Part shown: one piece after another, positions 48,239 through 57,626 of the stretch
Layout: each line of letters starts with the position of its first letter
Numbering within the stretch: position 1 is the stretch's first letter
Assembly (NCBI GenBank): GCA_047284725.1
Contig: JBJBEO010000001.1
Span: 1,752,203 to 1,816,202, forward strand
Direction of reading: 5' to 3'
Length of the DNA stretch: 64,000 nucleotides
Origin: Synechococcus sp.
Lineage (GTDB): Bacteria; Cyanobacteriota; Cyanobacteriia; PCC-6307; Cyanobiaceae
The notes under the pieces: model-generated
Told to the model about the DNA's origin: nothing
The model's input: only the letters and a program-made list of their open reading frames with translations
Databases searched by the model: none
Translations under genes and position numbers: made by a program

Positions 48239-49159
48239 TTGGCACGACCAACAACGTTCTTCCTGCCAGTGCTCACAGCGCTTGTTATCGCATCGCTCCC
48301 CCCGGCCGCAGCGGCCGCGGTGCCAACCGTGGTGGCAGGCGATGGCGTGCTCTGTGATCTCACCCGCACCCTGTCCGGCGGTGCCACAGACGTGCGCTGC
48401 ATCCTGGCTCCCGGCACCGATCCCCACCATTTCCAACTGACACCCAGGAATCGGCGCGATGTCGGCGCAGCCGACCTGGTGCTGATCAATGGCTATGGAC
48501 TCACCCCCACATTGGCGCGTCTGAGCGGATCGTTCACCCTGGTTGCCGTTGGCGAGGAGGCGGTTCCCGGCAACCCCTCCCAGGACCCCCATCTCTGGCA
48601 CAGCCCCGTCAACACAAGCGCCATGGCCGCTGTGGTGTCGCGCAGGCTGCAAGACCTCCCTGTCAGTCGTGAATCGAAAACCGGCTTGCAACGACGCCAA
48701 CAAGCCGTGACCGGCATTCTTCGTGATCTGGACCAATGGAATCGTCGACAGATCGCGACGATTCCGTCAGCCCATCGTGCCTTGGTGTCCGAACACCTTG
48801 CCTTTGGCTTTTTCGCCGACCGCTACGGCTTGAACCATGTCGCCATGATCGACGATTACGCGACAGGAGGACAACTGCGCCCCTCCAGCCTGAACCGCAT
48901 CAGTGATGCCGTGAAAGCATCCAACACAAAGGTTTTATTTGCAGAACAACGCCCTCCATCCAAAACCCTGCGACGGATCAGCAAGCGCTCTGGTAAACCC
49001 ATTGCCTCGACAATTCTTTTCGCCGATGGCACTGCACCCAACAAGAGTTTGATCGAGACAGCAACTGCAAACACCTGTAATCTCGTGAAAGCCCAGGGTG
49101 GAACCTGCGACCAGACAGGTGCGAATTCCCTTCAACAGCGCTGGGAAGCGGTGCGCTGA
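48239..49159 (+). CDS. znuA: Zn/Mn ABC transporter substrate-binding protein
   Basis: DPHH, DPHLW, EHLAFGFFADRYG. Start uncertain. Confidence 0.85.
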   Translation: MARPTTFFLPVLTALVIASLPPAAAAAVPTVVAGDGVLCDLTRTLSGGATDVRCILAPGTDPHHFQLTPRNRRDVGAADLVLINGYGLTPTLARLSGSFTLVAVGEEAVPGNPSQDPHLWHSPVNTSAMAAVVSRRLQDLPVSRESKTGLQRRQQAVTGILRDLDQWNRRQIATIPSAHRALVSEHLAFGFFADRYGLNHVAMIDDYATGGQLRPSSLNRISDAVKASNTKVLFAEQRPPSKTLRRISKRSGKPIASTILFADGTAPNKSLIETATANTCNLVKAQGGTCDQTGANSLQQRWEAVR

Positions 49160-49203
49160 AAAGCCGAACCTTTCTCATTGCAATTCTTCGATTTCCTCAG
49201 ACC

Positions 49204-50241
49204 ATGATCCGCTTCAATCTCTCATCGTCAGCCCTGACGTTTCTTGGACTTCTCACACCTTTAGGGCTCACTGTCGCCTATCCACTGTCCGCCGAAGCAG
49301 GTGCTGGCCACAACCACGGTGGAGGCTCCGAGGAAGAACTTGAGAGCGGCGAATTTCGTTCCATGCCGGTGATCACCCTCGAAGGCCATGGTGGTTATGA
49401 AAACAACCTCGAAGGCAAACCAGCCCACTACGCCATTGATGGGATGTTCGGCGCAGTGATGGAATGGGGGCTTCCAAATCAGGGCAGTTTCGCGATTGAG
49501 GCCGCCATCGGACCAGCCTTGGTCTGGGGTGAAGCCGAGCACTTCTATGGCCGGGTTGAACTGGAAGAAGAGGAAGGCGAGGAAGCCCATGGCGACGAGG
49601 ACCATGGTGATGAGGACCATGGCGACGAGGAGCATGGTGACGAGGATCACGCCGAACACGGCGAGGAGGGGCATGGCCACGCAGAGGGCCAGCCGTACCG
49701 ACGCATCGACATGAAGGGCATGCTTCAGGCCCGTTACCAACCCAACGATCGGCTGGCCATTTCAGCCACTTGGAAGCCTTACTTCGTCACCAAATCCCAG
49801 GGGGAAGACATTCAAGGCGTCAAGCACGAAGTGTCCGCCGACATCACCTATGCCTTCGGAGATGGAGACGTCAACTTTGCTCTGGGTGATGGCCTGGAAT
49901 CAGTGATCGATGGAGTTTTTGTGTCGGTCAGCAACCACTCGGGCTGGGAGAGTGATGGCGTTTACCTCGGCAACTACACCGACACCAGGGCAGGGTTTGG
50001 CTTCAATTACGACCAGCTCAACGTCACCCTGACCGGTGGGCCACGCTTCTATACACCCGGCTCCTATTCAGGCCTCTCTCAACGCACGGACTGGGGCGGC
50101 GAGATTGCCCTGGAATACCCCATTTCTGATTCGGTCATTGCGTTCGCCCACTGGGAAGCGGTTTACAGCACCGCCTCCGGCGAGGGTTGGGGCAAAGGAT
50201 TCCAAAACCACGTCGGCACTGGATTAACGTTCCGCTTCTAA
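49204..50241 (+). CDS. His/acidic-rich putative outer-membrane beta-barrel protein
   Basis: Signal peptide, GHNHGG, (HGDED)n insert, alternating beta strands, terminal GLTFRF. Confidence 0.75.
   Translation: MIRFNLSSSALTFLGLLTPLGLTVAYPLSAEAGAGHNHGGGSEEELESGEFRSMPVITLEGHGGYENNLEGKPAHYAIDGMFGAVMEWGLPNQGSFAIEAAIGPALVWGEAEHFYGRVELEEEEGEEAHGDEDHGDEDHGDEEHGDEDHAEHGEEGHGHAEGQPYRRIDMKGMLQARYQPNDRLAISATWKPYFVTKSQGEDIQGVKHEVSADITYAFGDGDVNFALGDGLESVIDGVFVSVSNHSGWESDGVYLGNYTDTRAGFGFNYDQLNVTLTGGPRFYTPGSYSGLSQRTDWGGEIALEYPISDSVIAFAHWEAVYSTASGEGWGKGFQNHVGTGLTFRF
49588..49647 (+). repeat. 15-bp coding tandem repeat x4 (HGDE[D/E])
   Basis: CATGGYGAYGAGGAN repeated four times. Confidence 0.9.
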
Positions 50242-50248
50242 GTGCTTA

Positions 50249-50284
50249 AGGGTGATCACGTTGATCGTGATCACCCTCCCTTTT
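50249..50284 (+). terminator. Hairpin terminator between convergent genes
   Basis: AGGGTGATCACG-TTGAT-CGTGATCACCCT, 12-bp stem. Confidence 0.75.
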
Positions 50285-50694
50285 CAAGCAGAGGGTTGGC
50301 CGGCTTGGGGTCTGCAACGGCCACACAACCCGTAAAACTCCAGGGTGTGGAACAACACCTCATAGCCATCCTGCTGATCCGCAGGAATGGTGATCGAATG
50401 GAGGGGACAGGTGGCAAGCTGCTGTGTCTCACCACAGCTCACACACGTGAGGTGATGGCGGTCACGGGCCACCGGCGCGTAAAGGGCTTCCCCCGTTGGC
50501 AGCTGACGGCAACGCACCAGACCCATCTGCTGCAGGTGCCGCAGATGGCGATAAACCGTAGCGAGGCCCATCGCCTGATCGGCCTTGAGGAGGGCCCGAT
50601 GCAGCTGCTGACCACTGAGCTCGTCGTCGTTCGCTTCCAACAGAGCGATCAATCTCTGTTGCTTGTCACTGATGTCGACCTGAGAACCGGCCAT
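50284..50694 (-). CDS. zur: Fur-family regulator, Zur-like
   Basis: GLATVYR, DRHHLTCVSC, HTLEFYGLCGRC. Confidence 0.88.
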   Translation of the reverse strand: MAGSQVDISDKQQRLIALLEANDDELSGQQLHRALLKADQAMGLATVYRHLRHLQQMGLVRCRQLPTGEALYAPVARDRHHLTCVSCGETQQLATCPLHSITIPADQQDGYEVLFHTLEFYGLCGRCRPQAGQPSA

Positions 50695-51088
50695 TACAAG
50701 GATCTGACCTCTCCATCATCCATCGCCACAGCGCCTCTGCACAAGCCTGGCGAGTGGATCCCGAGGCACTGGCATCCGATCCCTCGAAGGAGGACAATCA
50801 TGCTCAACAGACCCTTCATTGAAGGCAAGCACCTGCCCCTATGCCTGGCGTCATCACAGCATTGATCGCGCTGTATCTCCACTGCTGGTGGTGCGTGCGC
50901 ACCAGTAATTCCGCGGCACTCAAACGAAGCTGGCCCTATCCCCGCGCCTTGAAGGTGAATGGCGATCTCTACCGACGGCCCAGACGACGGGTCGGCCGCA
51001 GTCACGCCCGCATCAAAGCCCGCACGGCATGGATGCAGTCCTGATCTGACGGCAGCCCCAAGCCGATGCAAGCCTGGCGTTGAGACAC

Positions 51089-51120
51089 AAAAAACCCCCG
51101 GGTGTCTCACGCCCGGGGGT
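51089..51120 (-). terminator. Rho-independent terminator
   Basis: Minus strand ACCCCCGGGCGT-GAG-ACACCCGGGGGT followed by a U-run. Confidence 0.8.
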
Positions 51121-51256
51121 GGAAGGTTTTGCAGCAGCCCGTGTCCTGGACTGCGATTGTTCTAAGGCAGTTCGATGCTCGAGGCGTGACTGAATCCGTT
51201 GGCAGATGTGACCGGAGATGACTGACACGCCGATGGCCTGAAGCAAATCCTTCCAC

Positions 51257-51472
51257 TCAGAGACGCACGCATGCGGGGCTGTCCACGTTCAGACCTGCAC
51301 CACGGGCATCCGACAACAGGGCCGACATGCAGGACTGATTGAACACCGCACGCCCCGAAAGGAGGTCATCCCATTCTTCGGCAGGGAAATGGGCTTGCAA
51401 CCAGAACAGGCCCAGGGCACTGGCGGCACGAACACCGAAAACGGAGTCAACCTGCTCGATGGAGAGATCCAA
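51257..51472 (-). CDS. Small hypothetical protein
   Basis: SALGLFWLQAHF..EEWD.L...DARGAGL. Confidence 0.65.
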   Translation of the reverse strand: MDLSIEQVDSVFGVRAASALGLFWLQAHFPAEEWDDLLSGRAVFNQSCMSALLSDARGAGLNVDSPACVRL

Positions 51473-51631
51473 GCTGCTTTTCCTGACTGACTCTATTCAG
51501 CCAACACAGCCGCAACTCAACTGTACGCATTGATACAAAACCGACGTTCATGCGCCAAGGTCCCCAGCCGTTCAGACCCGCGATCCAGTTGGATTAACTT
51601 GACGAAATCAGAAACCGCGACAGGCATCTCG

Positions 51632-52375
51632 TTGGTTCTTCATCGCTTCAAACGCTGTCATTGCCACACCCAGCAGCGGGGGTTCAGCACCCAGCAGGTC
51701 CTCCTCATTCTGCTGGTGGTGTTTCCCCTGGGATGCATCGCCCTGGGACTGATCCTCAACGGGGTGATGCAACGCAGCAAGACGTCAGAAGCGACGGAAC
51801 CAGAACCCCCATCAACCATCGCTGCCAAACCGGAACCGATGGAAGCCGCCGGTGATCCGGATCCAAGCCAGGTTGAAACAGCCCAGCAGGACGCTCCACA
51901 GGCAGCACCAGCAGCGAGCGACACAGTGGAGCTCGGGGCCTCCGTGACGGGTGTTCCAATCCGGTTGCTGATGCAAAGCATCAACACGCGCGACAGGCAA
52001 TTCCGGGACTTTCAATATCAGCTCGGCAGCAGCACCGTTGCGGCGATGGCCAACTGCACCGATCAAAGCTGGACGAGTTACCCGGAGCGCCAGCTGAATC
52101 GGCCCCAGTCCCCCGCGACGGAGCGCATGCTCAGGCTGGTGTGCGGGACAACCAACGAGGCCGACCCGCCAGCCCCATTACCAGACCCTGCTTTTCCCGG
52201 GGTGGCGATCGTGTTCGACCCACCCAGCAATGTGCGCAGGAGCCCAGGCGGAGCCTTTCTTTGCACCGTCAACAACCCGCGCAGCATCCGCGTCGGTCAG
52301 GCCCAGGGTGAGTGGTACCCCACCTCGGCGTGTGGACCCCAGGGGTTCATCCATCGCAGCCAGGTGCGCTTCTGA
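51632..52375 (+). CDS. Membrane protein with GFSTQQ leader and C-terminal SH3b-like domain
   Basis: GFSTQQVLLILLVVFPLG, Pro-rich linker, then VFDPPSNVR..P...GEWY..C..GFIHRSQV. Confidence 0.75.
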   Translation: MVLHRFKRCHCHTQQRGFSTQQVLLILLVVFPLGCIALGLILNGVMQRSKTSEATEPEPPSTIAAKPEPMEAAGDPDPSQVETAQQDAPQAAPAASDTVELGASVTGVPIRLLMQSINTRDRQFRDFQYQLGSSTVAAMANCTDQSWTSYPERQLNRPQSPATERMLRLVCGTTNEADPPAPLPDPAFPGVAIVFDPPSNVRRSPGGAFLCTVNNPRSIRVGQAQGEWYPTSACGPQGFIHRSQVRF

Positions 52376-52401
52376 TCAACACCTCCCCTGCAGGGCTTCC
52401 T

Positions 52402-52968
52402 ATGCCGATGCTCCCTCTCCGCCACCCCTCCACAGCAGGCTTCTCCAATCAACAGGCCCTTCTCGCCCTGCTGGTTGTCTTTCCGCTCGGAATGATGTGC
52501 ATCGGGATGGTGGTCACCCTGGCCCTGCGATCCACCTCCGCCTCCACAGCCCAGGCACCGGCGCCAGCAATCCAGACACCAGCCCCGAGTGCATCTCCAG
52601 CATCCGAGCAGCCAGAGACCGTCAGACCGGCCCCTGCCCCATCGACGCCCGTCAAACCCCTGGCGAATCCGGGATCGGCCAATCCAACTCCCAGCAGCGC
52701 CAACACCTGCTGGTTCCAGATGCAACGGGGAGGACCTCTGATCGGTGATCGTTGCAGCGTGACGCTACGGGTCAATGTCAACGGAGACCGGGTCTTTGAT
52801 GTGATTGAGCCTTCGGGCTTGAAGCGATCCGTGGTGCTGTGGGAGAACGATGACGTGGAAGTGTTCCTGAACGAACAGCGCTACACGGGAAGCTGGCTTG
52901 TGGATGATGAGGGCGATGTTCGCGTCAGCCTGGCCGGAGGCACCTTTGCATTTACGCCTCCTCGCTAG
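52402..52968 (+). CDS. Membrane protein with GFSNQQ leader and beta-rich C-terminal domain
   Basis: GFSNQQALLALLVVFPLG; Pro/Ser linker. Confidence 0.75.
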   Translation: MPMLPLRHPSTAGFSNQQALLALLVVFPLGMMCIGMVVTLALRSTSASTAQAPAPAIQTPAPSASPASEQPETVRPAPAPSTPVKPLANPGSANPTPSSANTCWFQMQRGGPLIGDRCSVTLRVNVNGDRVFDVIEPSGLKRSVVLWENDDVEVFLNEQRYTGSWLVDDEGDVRVSLAGGTFAFTPPR

Positions 52969-53002
52969 AGCGTCAGGCTCATGCCGTCTGGAGAGCGACC
53001 GT

Positions 53003-53557
53003 TCAGCAATCCTCCTCACCCTGCTGCCTGATCAGCAGGATGAATCCAGACAGAATCGACACCAGGGCCAGACACGCCACCACTGCGATCACGGGAGTCG
53101 CCGCAGGGGTTCCTGAGGCTGGAGACAACGCAGGCTCTTGCGGTGGCCGAGGCAACGACTGGTTGTCAGCCGGCAAGGGCTCAGCCATGGGCTGGCCTGG
53201 CTGCATCCGGACATAACGCACCAAGCCATGAAGCCCCACCAACACGGACTGATCAGACGACACATCCAGAATCAGTCCGGAGCCTGTTGATTGAGCCACA
53301 AAGTGAATTCTGTTCTGCTCAAGAAACTCCCAGCGTGCATCAGAGCTGACACCAAACATCGTCACGGTCGCGCGACCGTCAGGCTGAAGATAAAGACAGG
53401 ACATCTGACTCTCAGACTGATCAGATCCGAGCCCCTCCAAACAGTACTTGCCATGTAGCCGCGACCCTGGCGACGCAAAACAAGCCTGAAGCAGAACACA
53501 CCCAACGAAACAAGCCGCGACACGACTGCGCAGAGAAGACAGCCGTCGTTGGCTCAT
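53003..53557 (-). CDS. Hypothetical protein with signal peptide and C-terminal TM anchor
   Basis: Hydrophobic N- and C-termini, Pro-rich linker. Confidence 0.6.
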   Translation of the reverse strand: MSQRRLSSLRSRVAACFVGCVLLQACFASPGSRLHGKYCLEGLGSDQSESQMSCLYLQPDGRATVTMFGVSSDARWEFLEQNRIHFVAQSTGSGLILDVSSDQSVLVGLHGLVRYVRMQPGQPMAEPLPADNQSLPRPPQEPALSPASGTPAATPVIAVVACLALVSILSGFILLIRQQGEEDC

Positions 53558-53573
53558 GATGCGGCTTGCAACA

Positions 53574-54458
53574 TCACAAGCCGGCCTGTCCATTGTCGAA
53601 GCGCTCAAAACCACAGAGACGCGCCGCCGCTTGATACTCAGGGTCGAAGCGATCCCAACGGAAACTGCGGGGATCGTAGCGACTATGGCTGCGGTCAATC
53701 GCCTGATGGGTCGTCAGGCGTGTCAGAGGAATTCCGAACTTGGCCTGCCACAGCAACACCTGGCCAGCCAGATTGCGGTATTGCGCAGAGGTGTAGCCCG
53801 AGTGGCCACTGCGATCATCCCGACCATCAACTGGCGAAACAAGACTGATATGCAAAGCGATGTTATTCACCGAGCCAACACTGGACGCTTTGGTGCGCTG
53901 GGTGACATCACCAAACGCCGACATGCCAGCACCGTAGGCGCGCTTTTCATCGGGGACGATGCGCAACCGTGCGCCATCGCGTGCAATCAACATGTGATAA
54001 CTGGCCTGATCAGCATCGTTGGGATGCGGCGTCTGAAAGAAGGCCACCGTGGCTTTCTCACTGATCACGGTTTCATGCAGCACGATCAGCAACGGCTCAG
54101 CCTGAAGAGCACGGTTCCAGGCATCGACAACTTTGCGTTCGCCGAAATTCGTGGCATCGGCCAGTTGATCCATCTCTGCTGTCAGCGCGAGCGTCTTGGC
54201 ACAGCTGGCGATCTCCTGCGCCGACGCAGGAGGCAAACCAGCATCGGCCAGTGTCATCACAGGCGGAAGGGTCAGACCCTGTTTCGGGCTTTGCCCCTTG
54301 CCCCGGACTGAGCCGTCGTCGTTGGGATTGGTATGCCCGCTGATGGAGGGATGCTGCGGATCACCCGCCCCTTGCCAGGGGAAACGAAACGGCAACGACG
54401 TGCAGCCGCTGAGCAGGATCAGAGCTGCGGCAACAGACAACGAACGAACAAGAGTCAT
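53574..54458 (-). CDS. N-acetylmuramoyl-L-alanine amidase (Amidase_2) lipoprotein
   Basis: LSGC lipobox; IVLHET, ASYH, RAYGAG, TTH..D, DP. Confidence 0.85.
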   Translation of the reverse strand: MTLVRSLSVAAALILLSGCTSLPFRFPWQGAGDPQHPSISGHTNPNDDGSVRGKGQSPKQGLTLPPVMTLADAGLPPASAQEIASCAKTLALTAEMDQLADATNFGERKVVDAWNRALQAEPLLIVLHETVISEKATVAFFQTPHPNDADQASYHMLIARDGARLRIVPDEKRAYGAGMSAFGDVTQRTKASSVGSVNNIALHISLVSPVDGRDDRSGHSGYTSAQYRNLAGQVLLWQAKFGIPLTRLTTHQAIDRSHSRYDPRSFRWDRFDPEYQAAARLCGFERFDNGQAGL

Positions 54459-55118
54459 TTACTGCTTGCGATAGTCCCAGATTTTCCAGCGACCAGACTC
54501 TTCTTTGAGGGTGTAAATCCAGTCTTTGGTACTTGAGGACGTTTCACTGCCCTTGGGCGAGTGCAGATTGGAAACCTCGGTCACCGACACGACAATCGAA
54601 GGCATCGAAGGGGACGGCAAATAGCGGATCACCCGATTCACCTTGATAGTGGAATAGCTGTAATAGCTGTTGTTGTTCTTGAGCCACTGGATGGATCCAT
54701 CCGGCTTGGTTAAATCGGTCCATAAAGGTCCAGCCGCCACCACCTGATCAGCCAGATCGGTGTTGAAAGGCGGAGCGAAGATCTGAGATTTCACCGTCAA
54801 CCACTCCTCCACGATGGCTCTGGCTTGCTCCTGGGTGAGACCAGATGGCTGAGGAGCCGGCTGCTTCTGCGGGGGCAGCGGCTGAATCGTGGTGGATCGC
54901 TCAGAGGACTCCGGTCGCTCCACCGGCTGGGGAGCTGGAGCAGGGGCGGGGGCCGTCGCCACCGTGCTCTGACGCTGCAGCAGCACGATCACCAGCCCCA
55001 GCGCCACCAGGCCGAGGGGAAACAGCAGCAGCAGAACCAGCAGGGCTTGCTGGTTACTGAATCCTTGATCACCGCGCAGCCGATGGCGGAAGCGGCTGAT
55101 TGGCGTTGAGCGACTCAC
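54459..55118 (-). CDS. Membrane protein with GFSNQQ leader and ARC6/IMS-like (DUF4101) domain
   Basis: GGAGG RBS + GTG; GFSNQQALLVLLLLFPLG; A..IV..WL..K..IFAPPF...WLKNNNSYY...V.E...Y.L....WKIWDY. Confidence 0.8.
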   Translation of the reverse strand: MSRSTPISRFRHRLRGDQGFSNQQALLVLLLLFPLGLVALGLVIVLLQRQSTVATAPAPAPAPQPVERPESSERSTTIQPLPPQKQPAPQPSGLTQEQARAIVEEWLTVKSQIFAPPFNTDLADQVVAAGPLWTDLTKPDGSIQWLKNNNSYYSYSTIKVNRVIRYLPSPSMPSIVVSVTEVSNLHSPKGSETSSSTKDWIYTLKEESGRWKIWDYRKQ

Positions 55119-55241
55119 AGAATGACCTCCGGGAACAACGTGGTCAAAGCAGCTGCACCGTGCCTGTCGTGCCACACCCAAAGCAAGGCCATTGGACAAA
55201 CGGTCACAATGATGCACTGATCAGGATCGGAACCAGGGTGA

Positions 55242-56132
55242 TTGAAGCAGGTGCCATCAACCAGAGCCGGCGTGTCTCCTGATCCAAAGCGTCAACCCGG
55301 ACCATGGCCAGCACTGGGTTCCTGGGCTGCGATTCAGCTCCTGCATCAGGCTCCAGCCCAGGCAGCATGGGACCTGCGCCACGCAGCGGCTGTTGAAGAT
55401 CTCCTGAACGACTACATCAAGACGCTGCCTGAGGGAGCCAGCATGCCGGCGCCGAGGCTCTTCCTCTACAAAGGCACTGCGTTTTCAAGGGCCTGCCCAG
55501 GATCCGGCATCGAGGCCCCCGCCTACTGCCCTGGGGATCACACCGTTTATCTGGAAATGGGGCTGGGCGATCAAGTGGCCACCATGTACGGAGATTTCGG
55601 AGCCCTGTCGATCCTGTCGCATGAATTCGGCCACGCCTACATGAGTCAACGCCAGCTGCATCCCCCGGGCAAACAGGGAGAGCTGGCCGCTGATGGTTTC
55701 GCCGGAGGGTTCGCCCGTTATGTCGAGCAACTGGGGCTTCTGGAAGCCGGTGACATCGATGAAGCCCGCGCCACCTTTGCCGCCGTTGGCGACTATCAGG
55801 TGTATCACCATGATCACCACGGCACCCCCAACGAGCGCCGTCAGGCCTTTGAGGCCGGCTACCAGCAAGGGTTCCGTCTGCCGGGGGAGCCACCCACAGC
55901 TCAACCGCCCACAGTTCAATCACCAACCGCTCAACCACCGAGAGCACAACCCCAGCAACCCGCGCCCCAACCCGACCAACCGGCGATCGTTCCCTCTCCG
56001 ATTCCTGGTCAGGCCAACCAGGTCAGCGCCGTTGGTCCCGTCCTTGGCCTCGGCCTCGGCGTTGTTTTCATCGCCTTGATGTTGATCGCCGTTGTCACGC
56101 TGATCAACAGGGCCCGTGATGAAGAGTTTTAA
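55242..56132 (+). CDS. Neutral zinc metallopeptidase (YpfJ-like) with C-terminal TM
   Basis: PAYCP.D, HEFGH, ELAADGFAG, HGT..ER. Start uncertain. Confidence 0.85.
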   Translation: MKQVPSTRAGVSPDPKRQPGPWPALGSWAAIQLLHQAPAQAAWDLRHAAAVEDLLNDYIKTLPEGASMPAPRLFLYKGTAFSRACPGSGIEAPAYCPGDHTVYLEMGLGDQVATMYGDFGALSILSHEFGHAYMSQRQLHPPGKQGELAADGFAGGFARYVEQLGLLEAGDIDEARATFAAVGDYQVYHHDHHGTPNERRQAFEAGYQQGFRLPGEPPTAQPPTVQSPTAQPPRAQPQQPAPQPDQPAIVPSPIPGQANQVSAVGPVLGLGLGVVFIALMLIAVVTLINRARDEEF

Positions 56133-56637
56133 AACCACAGTTCCAACCCCCACAGGGTTCAGCAACCAGCACGCCCTGCTGGTGCTGTTGATTCTGTTTC
56201 CTCTGGGCTTGATGGCCATCGGCAGCCTCGCCGTTCTGTGGTTGAAACAGCCGTCCGTTGTTGCTGACACCCCTTCCAAACCAACCGCCACCGAACCCAA
56301 CCAACCTCAGGCCAGGACCAATGCCAATTCCAATTCCAACGATCACAACAAGACCACCCCAGTCCCTGATCTGATCGCGTTGCAGGAGCAACGCCTGAAT
56401 GACCTTGCCGATGCCATTTTCTGGCGGCGCCATCCATCCCTGCAAGGCGTCAAATTGAGTGGTCAAACAGGCGACTTAGCCCGTGAATGGAGCCGGATCC
56501 GCCACTGCGACGCCATCGTTGATGATCGTTTTTATCGCCTCCATCCACACATGCGCGGACGCACGATCCAGCCGAACCAGACGGAGCTGGCGGCGAGCTG
56601 GCAACGCTTGCGCGATCAAGTCGAGGGTTGCTCCTGA
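56119..56637 (+). CDS. Membrane protein with GFSNQH leader and internally repeated helical domain
   Basis: GFSNQHALLVLLILFPLG; repeats D.IFWRRHPSLQG..L...W and D.RFYRLHPHMRG..I...W. Confidence 0.75.
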   Translation: MKSFKTTVPTPTGFSNQHALLVLLILFPLGLMAIGSLAVLWLKQPSVVADTPSKPTATEPNQPQARTNANSNSNDHNKTTPVPDLIALQEQRLNDLADAIFWRRHPSLQGVKLSGQTGDLAREWSRIRHCDAIVDDRFYRLHPHMRGRTIQPNQTELAASWQRLRDQVEGCS

Positions 56638-57551
56638 ACGCTCGCACGCGTCGAGCGCGGCCGCAGAACCACGACACCGATCGATGCAGGAACCGAGCGC
56701 ACATACGCAGCAAACGGATGCGAGCGGATCACCCCCTTCCCAGGCACGGCATGGATGGCTGACACGCCATCGGCATCACGCACCACAACACCCATATGCG
56801 TGACATCAAGCCCAGGAACGGACGTGGCAATCGCAAACAGATCACCATTCTGGAAGGAACGACTCGCCAGTTCCAGACCATCATTGGGGAGATAGATCTG
56901 TTCAATCGTCAGACGACGCTCCTTCTCTTGAATGCAGCGGAGCGTTGAAGGCGTCTGCAACGGGGAATAGAGAGACGGATGGTCCGACATATAGGTGAGA
57001 TTCAAGACGCGTCGCTGATGACCGGCCACCTCATCCGTGACATCCTCAACCCATCCCTGATCAGCGGCCGATGCCGCCCAGCTCTGGAAATAATGATGAC
57101 GCGAGCAGTAATCAACACGGCCCGCCTCGTATCGCATGGTTTGCGTTGTCGCCACAAACGATGGCCAATCGGATGACACAGCCAGCGCCAGAAGTTGCTC
57201 AACCAACAACATGCAATCAAAACGTGTCAGATCAACGCGCAATCGCTCTGCGCCCCCTTCATCCAGGGAAAAGGCGACATAGGGAGTGCCGAGAAACGAC
57301 TGAGCCAGGGAAGCGACGGTCTGAGCAGGCTCGAGCTCACGCATCCATCCCTTGATCTCGGAATACAACTCCTCACTGCCGGGAGCGACCTGCACCTGCG
57401 GATCCGACGCAGGACGATCCGACGCCAGGGCCGATGGCCCGATCGCACGCTGACGCTGCGGGTTGAACGGCTGATCGGCGGCAAGGCCACCTGCCGCCGA
57501 AAGAGAGACCACCAAACCCGCAAGCCCCATCCACCGGCGTGCACGCATCAC
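56616..57551 (-). CDS. DUF1460 / NlpC-P60-like amidase
   Basis: FLGTPY, FDCMLLVE, Y..R.HYF..W, GLDVTHMG, HA. Confidence 0.85.
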   Translation of the reverse strand: MMRARRWMGLAGLVVSLSAAGGLAADQPFNPQRQRAIGPSALASDRPASDPQVQVAPGSEELYSEIKGWMRELEPAQTVASLAQSFLGTPYVAFSLDEGGAERLRVDLTRFDCMLLVEQLLALAVSSDWPSFVATTQTMRYEAGRVDYCSRHHYFQSWAASAADQGWVEDVTDEVAGHQRRVLNLTYMSDHPSLYSPLQTPSTLRCIQEKERRLTIEQIYLPNDGLELASRSFQNGDLFAIATSVPGLDVTHMGVVVRDADGVSAIHAVPGKGVIRSHPFAAYVRSVPASIGVVVLRPRSTRASVQEQPST

Positions 57552-57626
57552 CCTTGATCAACCACAGACAACCTGGCATGAGCAACCACGCCGCGTAGGC
57601 TGAAATCGGCGATCACAGCAACTGGA

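Noticed and set aside
49588..49647. Tandem repeats as a possible CRISPR array (also 40402-40449)
   Set aside because: Contiguous in-frame coding repeats without spacers; no cas genes.
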